Below, piece by piece: positions 9,587 to 20,409 of a stretch of 64,000 nucleotides of DNA; position 1 is the first letter of the stretch; every line of letters starts with the position of its first letter. The notes under the pieces are model-generated. The model was not told where the DNA came from. It did not search any database and was given only the letters and a program-made list of their open reading frames with translations. The translations under genes were made by a program, and so were the position numbers. Source of the stretch: Trueperaceae bacterium (lineage in GTDB: Bacteria; Deinococcota; Deinococci; Deinococcales; Trueperaceae); NCBI GenBank assembly GCA_034520945.1, contig JAXHNB010000001.1:224001-288000 (forward strand). The letters are read 5' to 3'.

Positions 9587-9715
9587 ACGGCCTCCAGGCG
9601 TCGTGGACGTTTCGGCCGCGCGGGGGGACGCGCGCCGGGCGTGCGCGTGGACAGGGGGCCGCGCCGTGGGTAGGATGGGCGCCGTCAGCTTCGTTTCCGG
9701 AGGAGGAGATACCCC

Positions 9716-10747
9716 ATGAACACCCGATGGTTGCCGTCCTTGTTGCTGGTTCTGGCCGTGTCGTTCGCGGTTGCGCAGGATACCCACGGCGTCGAACCGC
9801 TGGACCCGCCCGAGACCGTGCGCGTGGCGTACGTGCCGATCATGAAGTTCGCCACCATGTACGTCGCCGAGGAGCGCGGCCTGTTCGAGAAGTACGGCCT
9901 GGACCTCGAGATCGACCGTGTCTCGTCGGGCACCGAAGCGATCGCGTTCTTGACCCAGGGACAGATCGACGTGGGCGGCATCGCCATCGTCACCAGCCTG
10001 TGGAACGGCTGGAACGAAGGGCTCGACATCCGCATCATTGCGCCCGGCGCGCTGGAGCCGTTCGAGGACAGCCCCACCAAGTTCATGGTGCGCAGCGACC
10101 TGATGGCGTCGGGCGAGGTCGAGGAGATCGCCGACCTGGAGGGCCGCACCGTGGCGTTGGCCGGTGGGCCCGGCTCCGGCGGCGAGTACCTGGCGACCAA
10201 GGCGCTGGAGCGAGGGGAATTGACCATCCGCGACGTGCAGATCCAGCGCATCAACAACGCCGACATTCCCGGCGCGTTCGAGGCCGGCACCATCGACGCG
10301 GCGCTGCTCGGGTCGCCGTACGCCGACCAGGCGCAGGACGCCGGCACGGCCGAGCCCATCGCCGAGGACCTGGTGCCGGGCCTGATGACGGTGGCGTTCG
10401 TCGGCTCGGGCAACTTCGTGGAGAACCGGCCCGAAGTGGCGGAGCGCTTCGTGCTGGCGCTGACCGAAGCGGCCCGCATGATGCAGGGCGAGGACTACCT
10501 GGCCGAGGAGAACCTCGCGGCCTACCTGCGGTACGTCAACTCGACCGAGGAGGCGCTGCGCTCGGGCCGGCCGGTGGTGTACGACCCCAACGTGGAGCTG
10601 CCGCTGGACGGGCTCGCGGACGTGGAGCGCGTCCACCGCGAGAACGGCCGGACGGATTACGAGGAACCGATCGATCTGGAGGCGGTGGTGGACACCCGCT
10701 TCACCGAGTTCGCGCGCGAGGTGCTTGGCTCTCAGCCGCTCGAGTGA
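9716..10747 (+). CDS. NitT/TauT (SsuA/THI5-like) ABC substrate-binding protein
   Basis: Signal peptide; YVAEERGLFEKYGL, ADLEGRTVA; ggagga RBS. Confidence 0.85.
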   Translation: MNTRWLPSLLLVLAVSFAVAQDTHGVEPLDPPETVRVAYVPIMKFATMYVAEERGLFEKYGLDLEIDRVSSGTEAIAFLTQGQIDVGGIAIVTSLWNGWNEGLDIRIIAPGALEPFEDSPTKFMVRSDLMASGEVEEIADLEGRTVALAGGPGSGGEYLATKALERGELTIRDVQIQRINNADIPGAFEAGTIDAALLGSPYADQAQDAGTAEPIAEDLVPGLMTVAFVGSGNFVENRPEVAERFVLALTEAARMMQGEDYLAEENLAAYLRYVNSTEEALRSGRPVVYDPNVELPLDGLADVERVHRENGRTDYEEPIDLEAVVDTRFTEFAREVLGSQPLE

Positions 10748-10826
10748 CGCGCCGAGCGTGAACGAGTTCCGCGGGGCGCGCGGGCCCGAAACCCGCGCGC
10801 CCCGCCTTCGTGCGAGGCTCGACCCC

Positions 10827-11609
10827 ATGCAGTCCAAGATCCACGCCCGCGACGTGCTCAAGGTGTTCGAAACGCGAGGGGGTCCCCTCACCGCCCTCCA
10901 CGGCTTCGACCTGGAGGTGGCCGAGGGCGAGTTCGTGTGCATCGTCGGGCCCTCGGGCTGCGGCAAGTCCACCTTCCTGCGGATCCTGGCGAACCTCGAG
11001 CCCGCGTCGGGCGGCGAGGTGACCATCGCGCCCGGCCCCGATGCCAGCAAGCCCAGCAACAACGTGGTGTTCCAGGAGTACGCGGTGTTCCCCTGGAAGA
11101 CGGTCCGTCAGAACGTCGAGTTCGGCCTGCGCATGCGGGGGGTGCCGCGCCGGACGCGGGCGCGCGAGGTGGACCGGTGGCTGAAGCGGGTGGGGCTGAC
11201 GCGCTTCGCGGACGCGTTTCCCTCGCAGCTCTCGGGCGGCATGAAGCAGCGCGTGTCGATCGCGCGGGCGCTGGCCAACGATCCCGAGGTGCTGTTGATG
11301 GACGAGCCGCTGGGGGCGCTGGACGCGCAGACGCGCCTGATGCTGCAGGAGGAGCTGCTGCGCCTGTGGGAGGAGACCGGCAAGACGATCGTCTACATCA
11401 CGCACAGCCTGGAGGAGGCGGTGCTGCTGTCCGACCGGGTGGTGGTGATGACCGCGCATCCGGGGACCGTGAAGCGGGTGTTCGACATCGACCTGCCGCG
11501 GCCGCGCAGCATCGAGACCACCTCGACCGCACGGTTCGCGGAGTTGACCGGCCTGCTGTGGGAGGAGCTTCGCGACGAGGTGGCGCGCACGTTGGAGGCG
11601 GAGGCGTGA
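10827..11609 (+). CDS. NitT/TauT ABC ATP-binding protein
   Basis: GPSGCGKST, VFQEYAVFPW, LSGGMKQR, LMDEPLGALD. Confidence 0.9.
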   Translation: MQSKIHARDVLKVFETRGGPLTALHGFDLEVAEGEFVCIVGPSGCGKSTFLRILANLEPASGGEVTIAPGPDASKPSNNVVFQEYAVFPWKTVRQNVEFGLRMRGVPRRTRAREVDRWLKRVGLTRFADAFPSQLSGGMKQRVSIARALANDPEVLLMDEPLGALDAQTRLMLQEELLRLWEETGKTIVYITHSLEEAVLLSDRVVVMTAHPGTVKRVFDIDLPRPRSIETTSTARFAELTGLLWEELRDEVARTLEAEA

Positions 11610-11615
11610 CGCGCG

Positions 11616-12641
11616 TTGCGGCGCGTGTCGCGGCGGCGTGGTGGTCGCCGCTGGTGGGTCCTGCTGCTGCTGGACGGGTTGGCGGGCGCGGTGGGCGCGT
11701 GGTCGCGCTTCTGGTGGGCGTTGCTGGCGGTCGACTTCGCGCTGCTGGTGGTGAGCGCGCAGCGCCTGGAGCCCCTGTTGGGCCCGCGCGGGCGGGAGCG
11801 GCTGCGCACCGTCCTGGCGTGGGGCTTCCCGGTGCTGGTGCTGTTGGCGTGGGAGGCGATCGTGCGGGCGGAGATCCTGAACCCGCGCTGGTTCCCGCCG
11901 CCCACGTCGATCGCGGGGGCGTTGTGGGACCTGACGGTGAACTTCGACGAGTTCAACGAGACCAGCCTGATCGGGCGGCCGTGGCTGATCCCGCAGCGGG
12001 CGTTGGACGAAGGCTGGCCGGGGGTGCGGGCGCTGTTCGTCGAGAGCCACGTCTGGGCCACGCTGGGGCGGGTGTTCGGCGGCTTCGTGCTGGGGTCGGT
12101 GCCGGGCGTGCTGATCGGGGTGCTGATGGGCCTGAACCGCACGGTGCGCAGCATGCTGGACGCCACCATGTCGGCGGTGTACGTGCTGCCCAAGATCGCC
12201 ATCTTCCCGATCCTGATGCTGGTGTTCCCCGACCCGTTCGGCGAGGGGCCCAAGATCGCGGTGGTCGCGATCAGCGCGTTCTTCCTGGTCGCCATCAACA
12301 GCATGGCGGGGGTGCAGGGGATCGATCCGGTGTTTTTGCAGGCGGGCCGAAACTTCGGGGCGGGCCGCCTGCAGATGCTGCGGCACGTGATCCTGCCCGG
12401 CGCCATGCCGATCGTGTTTTCGGGTCTGCGCCTGGCGCTGGGCACCAGCCTGATCGTGATCGTGGCGGTGGAGTTCATCCGCGCGCAGACGGGCGTGGGG
12501 TTCGTGGTGTTCTACCACTGGCAGGTGCTGAGCACCCCGAAGATGTACGCGGGCCTGGTGGTGGTGATGGCGCTCGGGGTGGGCCTGACGGCGTTGTTGC
12601 AGTGGGCGGAACGCCGGGTGATGCCCTGGCGCCGCGGATGA
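11616..12641 (+). CDS. NitT/TauT ABC permease
   Basis: FPPPTSI, LPKIAIFP, EAA-like loop AGRNFGA..LRHVILPGAMP, VAVEF; start uncertain. Confidence 0.85.
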   Translation: MRRVSRRRGGRRWWVLLLLDGLAGAVGAWSRFWWALLAVDFALLVVSAQRLEPLLGPRGRERLRTVLAWGFPVLVLLAWEAIVRAEILNPRWFPPPTSIAGALWDLTVNFDEFNETSLIGRPWLIPQRALDEGWPGVRALFVESHVWATLGRVFGGFVLGSVPGVLIGVLMGLNRTVRSMLDATMSAVYVLPKIAIFPILMLVFPDPFGEGPKIAVVAISAFFLVAINSMAGVQGIDPVFLQAGRNFGAGRLQMLRHVILPGAMPIVFSGLRLALGTSLIVIVAVEFIRAQTGVGFVVFYHWQVLSTPKMYAGLVVVMALGVGLTALLQWAERRVMPWRRG

Positions 12642-12652
12642 GGCTTCGCGTG

Positions 12653-12699
12653 GACCGTGGCGCGTCCAGCGCCGGGTGGGCGGCGGCCGCGCCACGGTC
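12653..12699. terminator. inverted repeat between convergent genes
   Basis: gaccgtggcgcg ... cgcgccacggtc (12-bp stem, 23-nt loop), no U-tract. Confidence 0.35.
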
Positions 12700-12705
12700 G
12701 CGGCG

Positions 12706-13908
<1,203 letters not shown>

Positions 13909-14027
13909 GTGCGCACTCCCTTCGCGCCGCGCCGACCGGGGCCGGCCACGCGACGCGCACATCTTCGCGCATACCCGGGGTGGGTATCGAGGGACGGGCG
14001 TCCCGCGCGCCGCGTGCGCGGCGCGGG

Positions 14028-14447
14028 TCAGCCGGGGGCGTCGTCGGCGGGCTCGAAGGCGAGCGCGACGCCGTTGTTGCAGTACCGCAGGCCGGTCGGG
14101 TCGGGCCCGTCCTCGAAGACGTGGCCCTGGTGGCCGCCGCAGTGGCTGCAGTGGTACTCGCGCCGCGGCACGGCGAGCGAATGGTCGAGCTTCGTCTCCA
14201 GCGCGCCGGGCAACGGCTCGAAGAACGACGGCCAGCCGGAGCCGGAGTCGAACTTGGCGTCGGCGCGGAACAGCGGCTGTCCGCAGCCGGCGCAGCGGTA
14301 CAGGCCGGGACGCAGCTCGTGCTCCAGGGGGCTGCTGCCGGGCGGTTCGGTGGCTTCGTGCCGTAGGACGCGGAAGGCGTCGTCGTTCAGGCGCGCGCGC
14401 CAGTCCGCTTCCGTGGTGGGGGTGCGTTCATCGCGAGGCTCGCTCAT
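14028..14447 (-). CDS. msrB: peptide-methionine (R)-S-oxide reductase
   Basis: CAGC, KFDSGSGWPSF, CSHCGGHQGHVFEDGP.PTGLRYCNNG. Confidence 0.95.
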   Translation of the reverse strand: MSEPRDERTPTTEADWRARLNDDAFRVLRHEATEPPGSSPLEHELRPGLYRCAGCGQPLFRADAKFDSGSGWPSFFEPLPGALETKLDHSLAVPRREYHCSHCGGHQGHVFEDGPDPTGLRYCNNGVALAFEPADDAPG

Positions 14448-14516
14448 GGACCCAGCATAGGGGCGCGGGCGGCCACGCGCCGTTCCGTGGGGCGCATCGG
14501 CCGCGGGCCGGCGCAC

Positions 14517-15770
14517 TCAGTCCAGCGTGATGGGGCCGCGCGGCGCGTCAGGGTCCAGGGGGTGTTCGGCGCGGATCAGCGCGCGCGCCTCGTCCATGTG
14601 GCCGAACGCGTTCCAGGTCAGGACGCCGCGCACGCGCCCCTCGTCCAGGTAGTACGCCACGCCGGCCGCCAGGGCGTCCGCGTCCGCGTCGGCGATCGGT
14701 CCGTCCAGCAGCACGTCCGCGCGCGGGTCGCACCGCCCCACCGCCTCGTAGCCGAGGTCGAACAGGTCGCTGTAGAAGTAGGGGAGGTGGTCGTAGGGGG
14801 CGTCGTGCCCCGCCATCACGCGACCGACGTGCACGCCGCCGGTCTTGGCGTGGTCCTCGTGCTCCACGCGCATCGTGCCCAGCACGGGCGCGGGGAAGCG
14901 GGCCACGTCGCCGGCGGCGTACACGTCCGCGGCGGAGGTCCGGAATCGGTCGTCCACCACGATGCCGTCGTCCACGTGAATGCCGGCGCGCTCCGCCAAC
15001 GCGGTGTTGGGGGCCACGCCGACCGCGAGGATCACGGCGTCGGCGGTCCAGGCGTCGCCGCCGTCGCTGCGCACCTCGATCGGCCCCTCGTCGCGCGATG
15101 AGAGCGGGACCAGCTCGTCCACCAGCGTGCTGGGCAGCACCCGGACGCCGTCGCGACGGAAGCGGCGGGTGACGCGTGCGGCCAGCGAGGCGGGGAACAG
15201 GTTGGCGCCCAGGTCCCGCTCGGGGAAGGCCATGGTGAGTTCAAGTCCGCGGGTGCGAAGGGCGGCCGCCAGTTCGCTGCCGAGGAAGCCGCCGCCGACC
15301 ACCGTGACGCGGTGGGCGTCGGCCAATCGCGCGTGCAGGCGTTCGAAGTCGTCCCGGGTGCGAAACGTGGTCACCTGCGGGTAGGTCTTCGCGAAGGGCG
15401 GGCGGTGGGCGGTCGCCCCCGTCGCCAGCAGCGCCCGCCCGTAGCGCCAGCGTCGCCCCCGTGCGTCGGTGGCCAGGTGGGCCGCTGGATCGAGGTCGGT
15501 GACGCGGGTGCCGAGCTCCAGCCGCGCCCCCTCGAACAGGTCCGGATCGTGCTGGATGGCGCCCAAGTCGGGCGGCTCCTCCGACCACAGGTCCTTGGAG
15601 AGCGGGGGGCGTTCGTAGGGCGGGTGGGGCTCCTCCCCGATCAGCGCGATGGTGGCGTCGGGCGTTTCGGAGAGGACGCCGACCACGGCCGCGGACGCCG
15701 TCATGCCGCCGCCGATGATCAACACGTCGACATGGATCGGCTCGCGCGTTGCCGGCGCCGCGGGCGTCAC
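14517..15770 (-). CDS. FAD/NAD(P)-dependent oxidoreductase (ferredoxin reductase/AIF-like)
   Basis: GGG FAD motif, PYERPPLSK, GGGFLGSE, AAGDVA, RVEHED, PYFYSD. Confidence 0.85.
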   Translation of the reverse strand: MTPAAPATREPIHVDVLIIGGGMTASAAVVGVLSETPDATIALIGEEPHPPYERPPLSKDLWSEEPPDLGAIQHDPDLFEGARLELGTRVTDLDPAAHLATDARGRRWRYGRALLATGATAHRPPFAKTYPQVTTFRTRDDFERLHARLADAHRVTVVGGGFLGSELAAALRTRGLELTMAFPERDLGANLFPASLAARVTRRFRRDGVRVLPSTLVDELVPLSSRDEGPIEVRSDGGDAWTADAVILAVGVAPNTALAERAGIHVDDGIVVDDRFRTSAADVYAAGDVARFPAPVLGTMRVEHEDHAKTGGVHVGRVMAGHDAPYDHLPYFYSDLFDLGYEAVGRCDPRADVLLDGPIADADADALAAGVAYYLDEGRVRGVLTWNAFGHMDEARALIRAEHPLDPDAPRGPITLD

Positions 15771-15773
15771 GGC

Positions 15774-16430
15774 TCAGGTCCCGCTGGCTGCGACGTGCCG
15801 AAGGAGGGCGCGCGCCGCCGTGAGTTCGTCCTCGTTGACGGTGTGGCCCAGCCCTGGGTAGAGGCGCACGTCCACCTCGGCGCCCTTGGCGCGCAGGGCT
15901 TCGGCGCTCTCCTCGACGCGGCCGGTGGGGATGTGCGGGTCGGGGTCGGCGCTGCCGATGAACACCGGGGTTCGGCTCAGGTCGTCCGCGTACGCGCCGG
16001 GCTCCAGCGTGTCGCCGATCAGCCCGCCGGCCAACGCGATCACGGCGCCGAGTGGGCGGCCCGAGCGCGCGAACGCGTCCAGCGACAGGCAGGCCCCCTG
16101 CGAGAAGCCGGCCAGCACCGTCCGCTCCGAGGGGATGCCGTGGCTGGCGATCTCGTCCAGCACGCGGTCGACCTGGCGGAGGGCGGAGTCCAGCCACGGC
16201 TGGTTGGCCTCGCGCGGCTCCACGAAGCGCTGCGGGTACCAGGCGCCGCCGTGCGCTTGGGGCGCCCGGATCGCGAGCTTGGCCTCCAGGCCGTCCACCA
16301 GCGCCTCGGCCAAGGGGAGCATGCTTTCGGCCGGCGCCCCGCGCCCGTGCAGCAGGACGAGGGCCATGTCGGCCTCGGCGAGGGGGGCGCCGGCCTCGAC
16401 GACCGGTCCGTGGGCGTGCGGGTCTTCCAT
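15774..16430 (-). CDS. phospholipase/carboxylesterase family alpha/beta hydrolase
   Basis: LLHGRG, WYP, GFSQGA nucleophile elbow, DPHIP, GHTV. Confidence 0.85.
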   Translation of the reverse strand: MEDPHAHGPVVEAGAPLAEADMALVLLHGRGAPAESMLPLAEALVDGLEAKLAIRAPQAHGGAWYPQRFVEPREANQPWLDSALRQVDRVLDEIASHGIPSERTVLAGFSQGACLSLDAFARSGRPLGAVIALAGGLIGDTLEPGAYADDLSRTPVFIGSADPDPHIPTGRVEESAEALRAKGAEVDVRLYPGLGHTVNEDELTAARALLRHVAASGT

Positions 16431-16536
16431 GGGGGCGTCACCTCCGGGGGTGCGGCGTCTCGGGGGTGCGGTTCGGTGGGCGCCGGGGCCGCGTCGGGCA
16501 ACGGCCGCGGGCGGGATGGGACCGTACGCTGAAGGC

Positions 16537-16995
16537 ATGGACCCGACCGATTGGCCGAACGAGAGCGACTGGGTCTGGAAGGGGCCGGTGGCGCCCCCGG
16601 CGGCGTGGGGCCGGCCCGGCGTGGTGCTGGCGTTCAACGTGTCGTGCGCCGGCTGCGTGTCGCGGGCGATTCCGTTCATGAAACGTCTGCACGCCGAGCA
16701 CGGCGCGCGGCTGCGCCTCGCATCGTTGCACACCGCGCACGGTCACCGCGTGCTGCCGCGCGACGCGGTCGCGCCGGAGGTGGAGCGCTTCGCGTCGAGC
16801 TTCGCGCGGCTGCCGTTCGCCGTCGCGCTGGACCTGGACGGGGCGCGGGCCGCACGGTGGGGGGCGGAGGGCACGCCGCACTGGTTCGTGTTCGACGCGG
16901 ACGGCGCCCTGGTGCGGAGCATCTTCGGCTCGCAGGACAACGCCACCACCCGCCTGGCGTACCTGGTGGAGGAGCTGCTGGAGGCGGCGCCATGA
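16537..16995 (+). CDS. thioredoxin-fold (TlpA-like) protein
   Basis: FNVSCAGCVSRAIP (CxxC), EGTPHWFVFDADG. Confidence 0.7.
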   Translation: MDPTDWPNESDWVWKGPVAPPAAWGRPGVVLAFNVSCAGCVSRAIPFMKRLHAEHGARLRLASLHTAHGHRVLPRDAVAPEVERFASSFARLPFAVALDLDGARAARWGAEGTPHWFVFDADGALVRSIFGSQDNATTRLAYLVEELLEAAP

Positions 16996-17462
16996 GCGGC
17001 CGTCTGGTGCCCAGCACGCTGGTGTACGTGCGGCGGGACGGTCACACCCTGATGATGCGCAAGGCCCGCGGCCACCAGGCCGGCAAGTGGAACGGCCTGG
17101 GCGGCAAGGCCGAGCCCGGCGAGATGCCGGAGGCCTGCGCGCGCCGCGAGGTGCGCGAGGAGGCCGGCCTGGAGGTGTCGCGCCTGTGGTACCGGGGCCT
17201 GATCGTGTTTCCGCGCTTCGACGGCCACAACGACTGGTACGTGTGGATCTTCCTGGCCACCGCTCGCGGCGAACCGCGCGACTCGGCGGAGGGGCGCCTC
17301 GCCTGGGTGCCGACCGATCAGGTGGCCGACCTGAACGTGCACGAGGGCGACCGCGTGTTCCTGCCGTGGCTGGAGCGTGCGGGGCAGGTGTTCTCCGCCC
17401 GCTTCGACTACGAAGACGGCCGCTTCACGGGGCACGAGGTGGCGTTCTACCCGGGCGGGTGA
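16992..17462 (+). CDS. NUDIX hydrolase (MTH1/8-oxo-dGTPase-like)
   Basis: GKWNGLGGKAEPGE..CARREVREEAGL Nudix box. Confidence 0.88.
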   Translation: MSGRLVPSTLVYVRRDGHTLMMRKARGHQAGKWNGLGGKAEPGEMPEACARREVREEAGLEVSRLWYRGLIVFPRFDGHNDWYVWIFLATARGEPRDSAEGRLAWVPTDQVADLNVHEGDRVFLPWLERAGQVFSARFDYEDGRFTGHEVAFYPGG

Positions 17463-17489
17463 AGCGCGGCATCGGGCGCTGGGCCGGGC

Positions 17490-18095
17490 TTAGCGCCCCT
17501 CGCGCCGTACCCCCGCCAGCATGGTGACGCCCCCCAGGATCAGCAGCAGCGGCAGGAGCCAGCTGGGCAGGCCGCGGGCGGGATCGTTGACCACCACCGT
17601 CATCACCGCGAAGAACACGGCCGGGAACGACGCCCAGCGCGCGTGCCGCCCGGCGTCGTCCGGCACCAGGTACACCGCGCTGAAGGTGGCCGCGAAGCCG
17701 AGGAACAACACCGGGGCGGGATTCCAGGCGGGGGCGACCGCGTTCGCCATGCCCGTCAGCGTGACGCTGGCCAGCAGGCCGCCCACCAGGAGTGGCCACG
17801 TCCGCTGCGGCGTCCGTGCCCAGCGGCCCAGAAACGCGGCGGCCAACACCGCAGGCGGCGCCAGCCCCTGCAGCGGCCCCGCCCCGACCAGCGCGGCCAC
17901 CCCCAGCAGCAGGGTTCCCAGCAGGCGATGGGTTTGCGGGATCTCCCGCGCGGGCCGGGCCCACAGCAGGGCGACCAGCGCGGCCAGCAGCAGCAACCAC
18001 GCTGCGGACGGCACGGCGGGCAGCCAGGCGAAGCGGCGCGCCATGCCGGCCATCCCCACCACGACTAGCAGGAGGCCCACGGCGCGTCCACTCAC
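17490..18095 (-). CDS. multi-pass membrane protein, paralog of 20410-21213
   Basis: Highly hydrophobic; GTGA-coupled to the sensor kinase. Confidence 0.75.
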   Translation of the reverse strand: MSGRAVGLLLVVVGMAGMARRFAWLPAVPSAAWLLLLAALVALLWARPAREIPQTHRLLGTLLLGVAALVGAGPLQGLAPPAVLAAAFLGRWARTPQRTWPLLVGGLLASVTLTGMANAVAPAWNPAPVLFLGFAATFSAVYLVPDDAGRHARWASFPAVFFAVMTVVVNDPARGLPSWLLPLLLILGGVTMLAGVRREGR

Positions 18096-19624
18096 GGCGT
18101 GTCCTCGCCGCCCTCGTCGCCGCCTCCCGGCGTAGCGGCCGGGTGGGCCGGCACGCGCGCACGGACGGTCGTGCCCTCGCCCGGCGAAGACGCGATCCGC
18201 AGCGTGCCGCCGACGGCCTCCAGGCGTTCCCTCATCGAGGTGAGCCCCAGGTGCCCGGGCACGTCGGCGGAGGTCGCGGCGGCGGTTTCGAAGCCGGCGC
18301 CGTCGTCGTGCACCTCAAGCGTCCAGCGGGCCTCGTCGGTCTTGCCCGGCGGGGCCAACACGATGCGGACGGAGGTGGCCCGCGCGTGCTTGACGACGTT
18401 GTGCACCGCCTCCTGCGCGACGCGGAACAGCGTGGTCTTCACCTCGGTGGCCAGGTCGGGCTCGGCGTCGGCCACCAGCTCGGCGTGCAGGCCGTGACGG
18501 CGCTCCAGCACCTCGCTCTGGCGGCGCAGCACGCCGAGGAGCCCCTCGTCCTCCAGCGCCGCCGGGCGCAGCTCGAAGATCAGCGCGCGCATCTCGGCGA
18601 GGGCGGCCTGCGCCAGGTTCTCCACGTACTCCAGCGCGTCGCGGGTCTTCTCGGTGCCGCCTGGGAGGTGTCGCTGGGCGGCGTGGGTGCCCAGCAGGAT
18701 GGCGTACAGCGCTTGGCTGACCGAGTCGTGCAGTTCCCGCGCCAGGTGCTGCCGCTCGTCGACCGCAGCGCGCTGCTGGACGCGCTCGTACAGCTGCGCG
18801 TTCTCCAGCGCCACCGCCGCCTGGTTCGCGAACGCGCGCGCCAGGACGCTGCGGGGTTCGCTGAGCGCCCCGGAGGGAACGACGGCCAGCACGCCGGCCA
18901 CGCTGCCGCGCACCCGCAGCGGGATGGCCCACACACCGTCTTCGTGCACCTCCGCCTCATGGGACGCGGCCCGTGCCGCGACGGCCTCCGCGGGCGCGTC
19001 GCCGCGCGACGCCAGGCGGCGCAGCGACCCGCCCGGCACCAACTCGTACACGGCCGCGCCGCGGGCCGGTACCGCCGACGTCAGCCGTTCCAGCAGCACC
19101 TCCAGCAACGGCGACAACTCGAGCGTCAAAGCCGTGGCGTTGGAGATCGCGAGGAGCGCGTGCAGCTCCTCGGTACGCTCCTGCACGCGTTGCTCCAGGT
19201 GCTCCCGCGATTCGGCCAGCGCCTGCGACATCGCGTTGAAGTCCTCCGCCAGCCGGCCCAACTCGCTGCGGGAGGTGACGGGGAGGGTGGTGCCGAGGCG
19301 GCCGGCCGCCACCTGGCGGGTGCCGCGCACCAACTGCACGATCGGCTCGGTGAGGAGGGTGCGGCTGAACACGGTCGCGCCGACCAGCGTGAACAGGAAC
19401 ACGGCCGCGAGGTTGATCAGGGTGGCGCGCAGCACCCCGCCGACCTCCACCTCGACGTTGGCGCCCGCTTCGGTGCTGCGGGCCGCCTGCACGGCGTCCT
19501 GCACCACCAGGTCGAAGCCGCGCACGATCAGGATGGCGGTGGCGAGCGTGAGCACGGCGACGACCCCCAGGATCAGCAGGGTCAGGCGGGTCCCCAGCCG
19601 GTGCCAGAAGGGGATCTCGCGCAT
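18092..19624 (-). CDS. sensor histidine kinase (HAMP, GAF-like, HisKA_3)
   Basis: ERQHLARELHDSVSQ H-box, EAVHNVVKHA N-box, DDGAGF, GLTSMRER. Confidence 0.92.
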   Translation of the reverse strand: MREIPFWHRLGTRLTLLILGVVAVLTLATAILIVRGFDLVVQDAVQAARSTEAGANVEVEVGGVLRATLINLAAVFLFTLVGATVFSRTLLTEPIVQLVRGTRQVAAGRLGTTLPVTSRSELGRLAEDFNAMSQALAESREHLEQRVQERTEELHALLAISNATALTLELSPLLEVLLERLTSAVPARGAAVYELVPGGSLRRLASRGDAPAEAVAARAASHEAEVHEDGVWAIPLRVRGSVAGVLAVVPSGALSEPRSVLARAFANQAAVALENAQLYERVQQRAAVDERQHLARELHDSVSQALYAILLGTHAAQRHLPGGTEKTRDALEYVENLAQAALAEMRALIFELRPAALEDEGLLGVLRRQSEVLERRHGLHAELVADAEPDLATEVKTTLFRVAQEAVHNVVKHARATSVRIVLAPPGKTDEARWTLEVHDDGAGFETAAATSADVPGHLGLTSMRERLEAVGGTLRIASSPGEGTTVRARVPAHPAATPGGGDEGGEDTP

Positions 19625-19625
19625 G

Positions 19626-20288
19626 TCAGTCCAGCCCCGTCAGGCCTTCCTTGAGGGCGAACAGCGCGGCCTGGGTGCGGCTGGACAGGTGCAGCTTGGA
19701 GAGGATGCTGGAGACGTGCGTCTTGATCGTCACGTCGGAGACGTTCATGCGCCTTGCGATGTCCTTGTTGGAGAGGCCCTTCGCGAGCAGCCGCAGGGTT
19801 TCGGTCTCGCGGGCGGTGAGGCTCTCCCGCATCTCGGGGGTGCGGACCTCGCGCACCAGCCGTTTCTGGGCACGAGGGTCCAGCCGCACCTCGCCGCGGC
19901 TGGCCGCGCGGATGGCGTCGAAGAGGGCGTCCGGGCCGGTCTCCTTCAGCAGGTACCCCGCCGCGCCGGCCTCGACCGCGTCGATCACCATGCGGTCCTC
20001 CAGCACGCTGGTGAGCGCGACGATCTCCACCTCGGGCTGGTCGCGTTTGAGGGCGCGGATCGCCTCGACGCCGTTCATGACCGGCATCAGCAGGTCCATC
20101 AGCACCACGTCGGGCGCGTGCTCGGCGGCGGCGCGGATCGCCTCCTGGCCGTTGGCGGCCTCGCCGACCACCTCCATGTCGTCCTCCAGGCTCAGCACCA
20201 TGCGCAGTCCCTGCCGGACCACGGTGTGATCGTCGACCAGCAGCACCCGAATGGACGCCGTGGACGCCCCGTCTCGGTTCGCCGTCAT
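19626..20288 (-). CDS. NarL/LuxR-family response regulator
   Basis: LVDDH, DVVLMD, GYLLK, LTARE..GLSNKDIA..TIKTHVSSIL. Confidence 0.93.
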   Translation of the reverse strand: MTANRDGASTASIRVLLVDDHTVVRQGLRMVLSLEDDMEVVGEAANGQEAIRAAAEHAPDVVLMDLLMPVMNGVEAIRALKRDQPEVEIVALTSVLEDRMVIDAVEAGAAGYLLKETGPDALFDAIRAASRGEVRLDPRAQKRLVREVRTPEMRESLTARETETLRLLAKGLSNKDIARRMNVSDVTIKTHVSSILSKLHLSSRTQAALFALKEGLTGLD

Positions 20289-20409
20289 GGCGGCACCCTA
20301 CCCCGGGGCCTTCCGGCCGGCCTCCCCCTTTGGGTGGACGCGCGGCTCCGCCGCTTGGGCGAGGATTCCCCCGTGGCGTTCTTGGCATCCTGGATGCATG
20401 GAGGCGAAC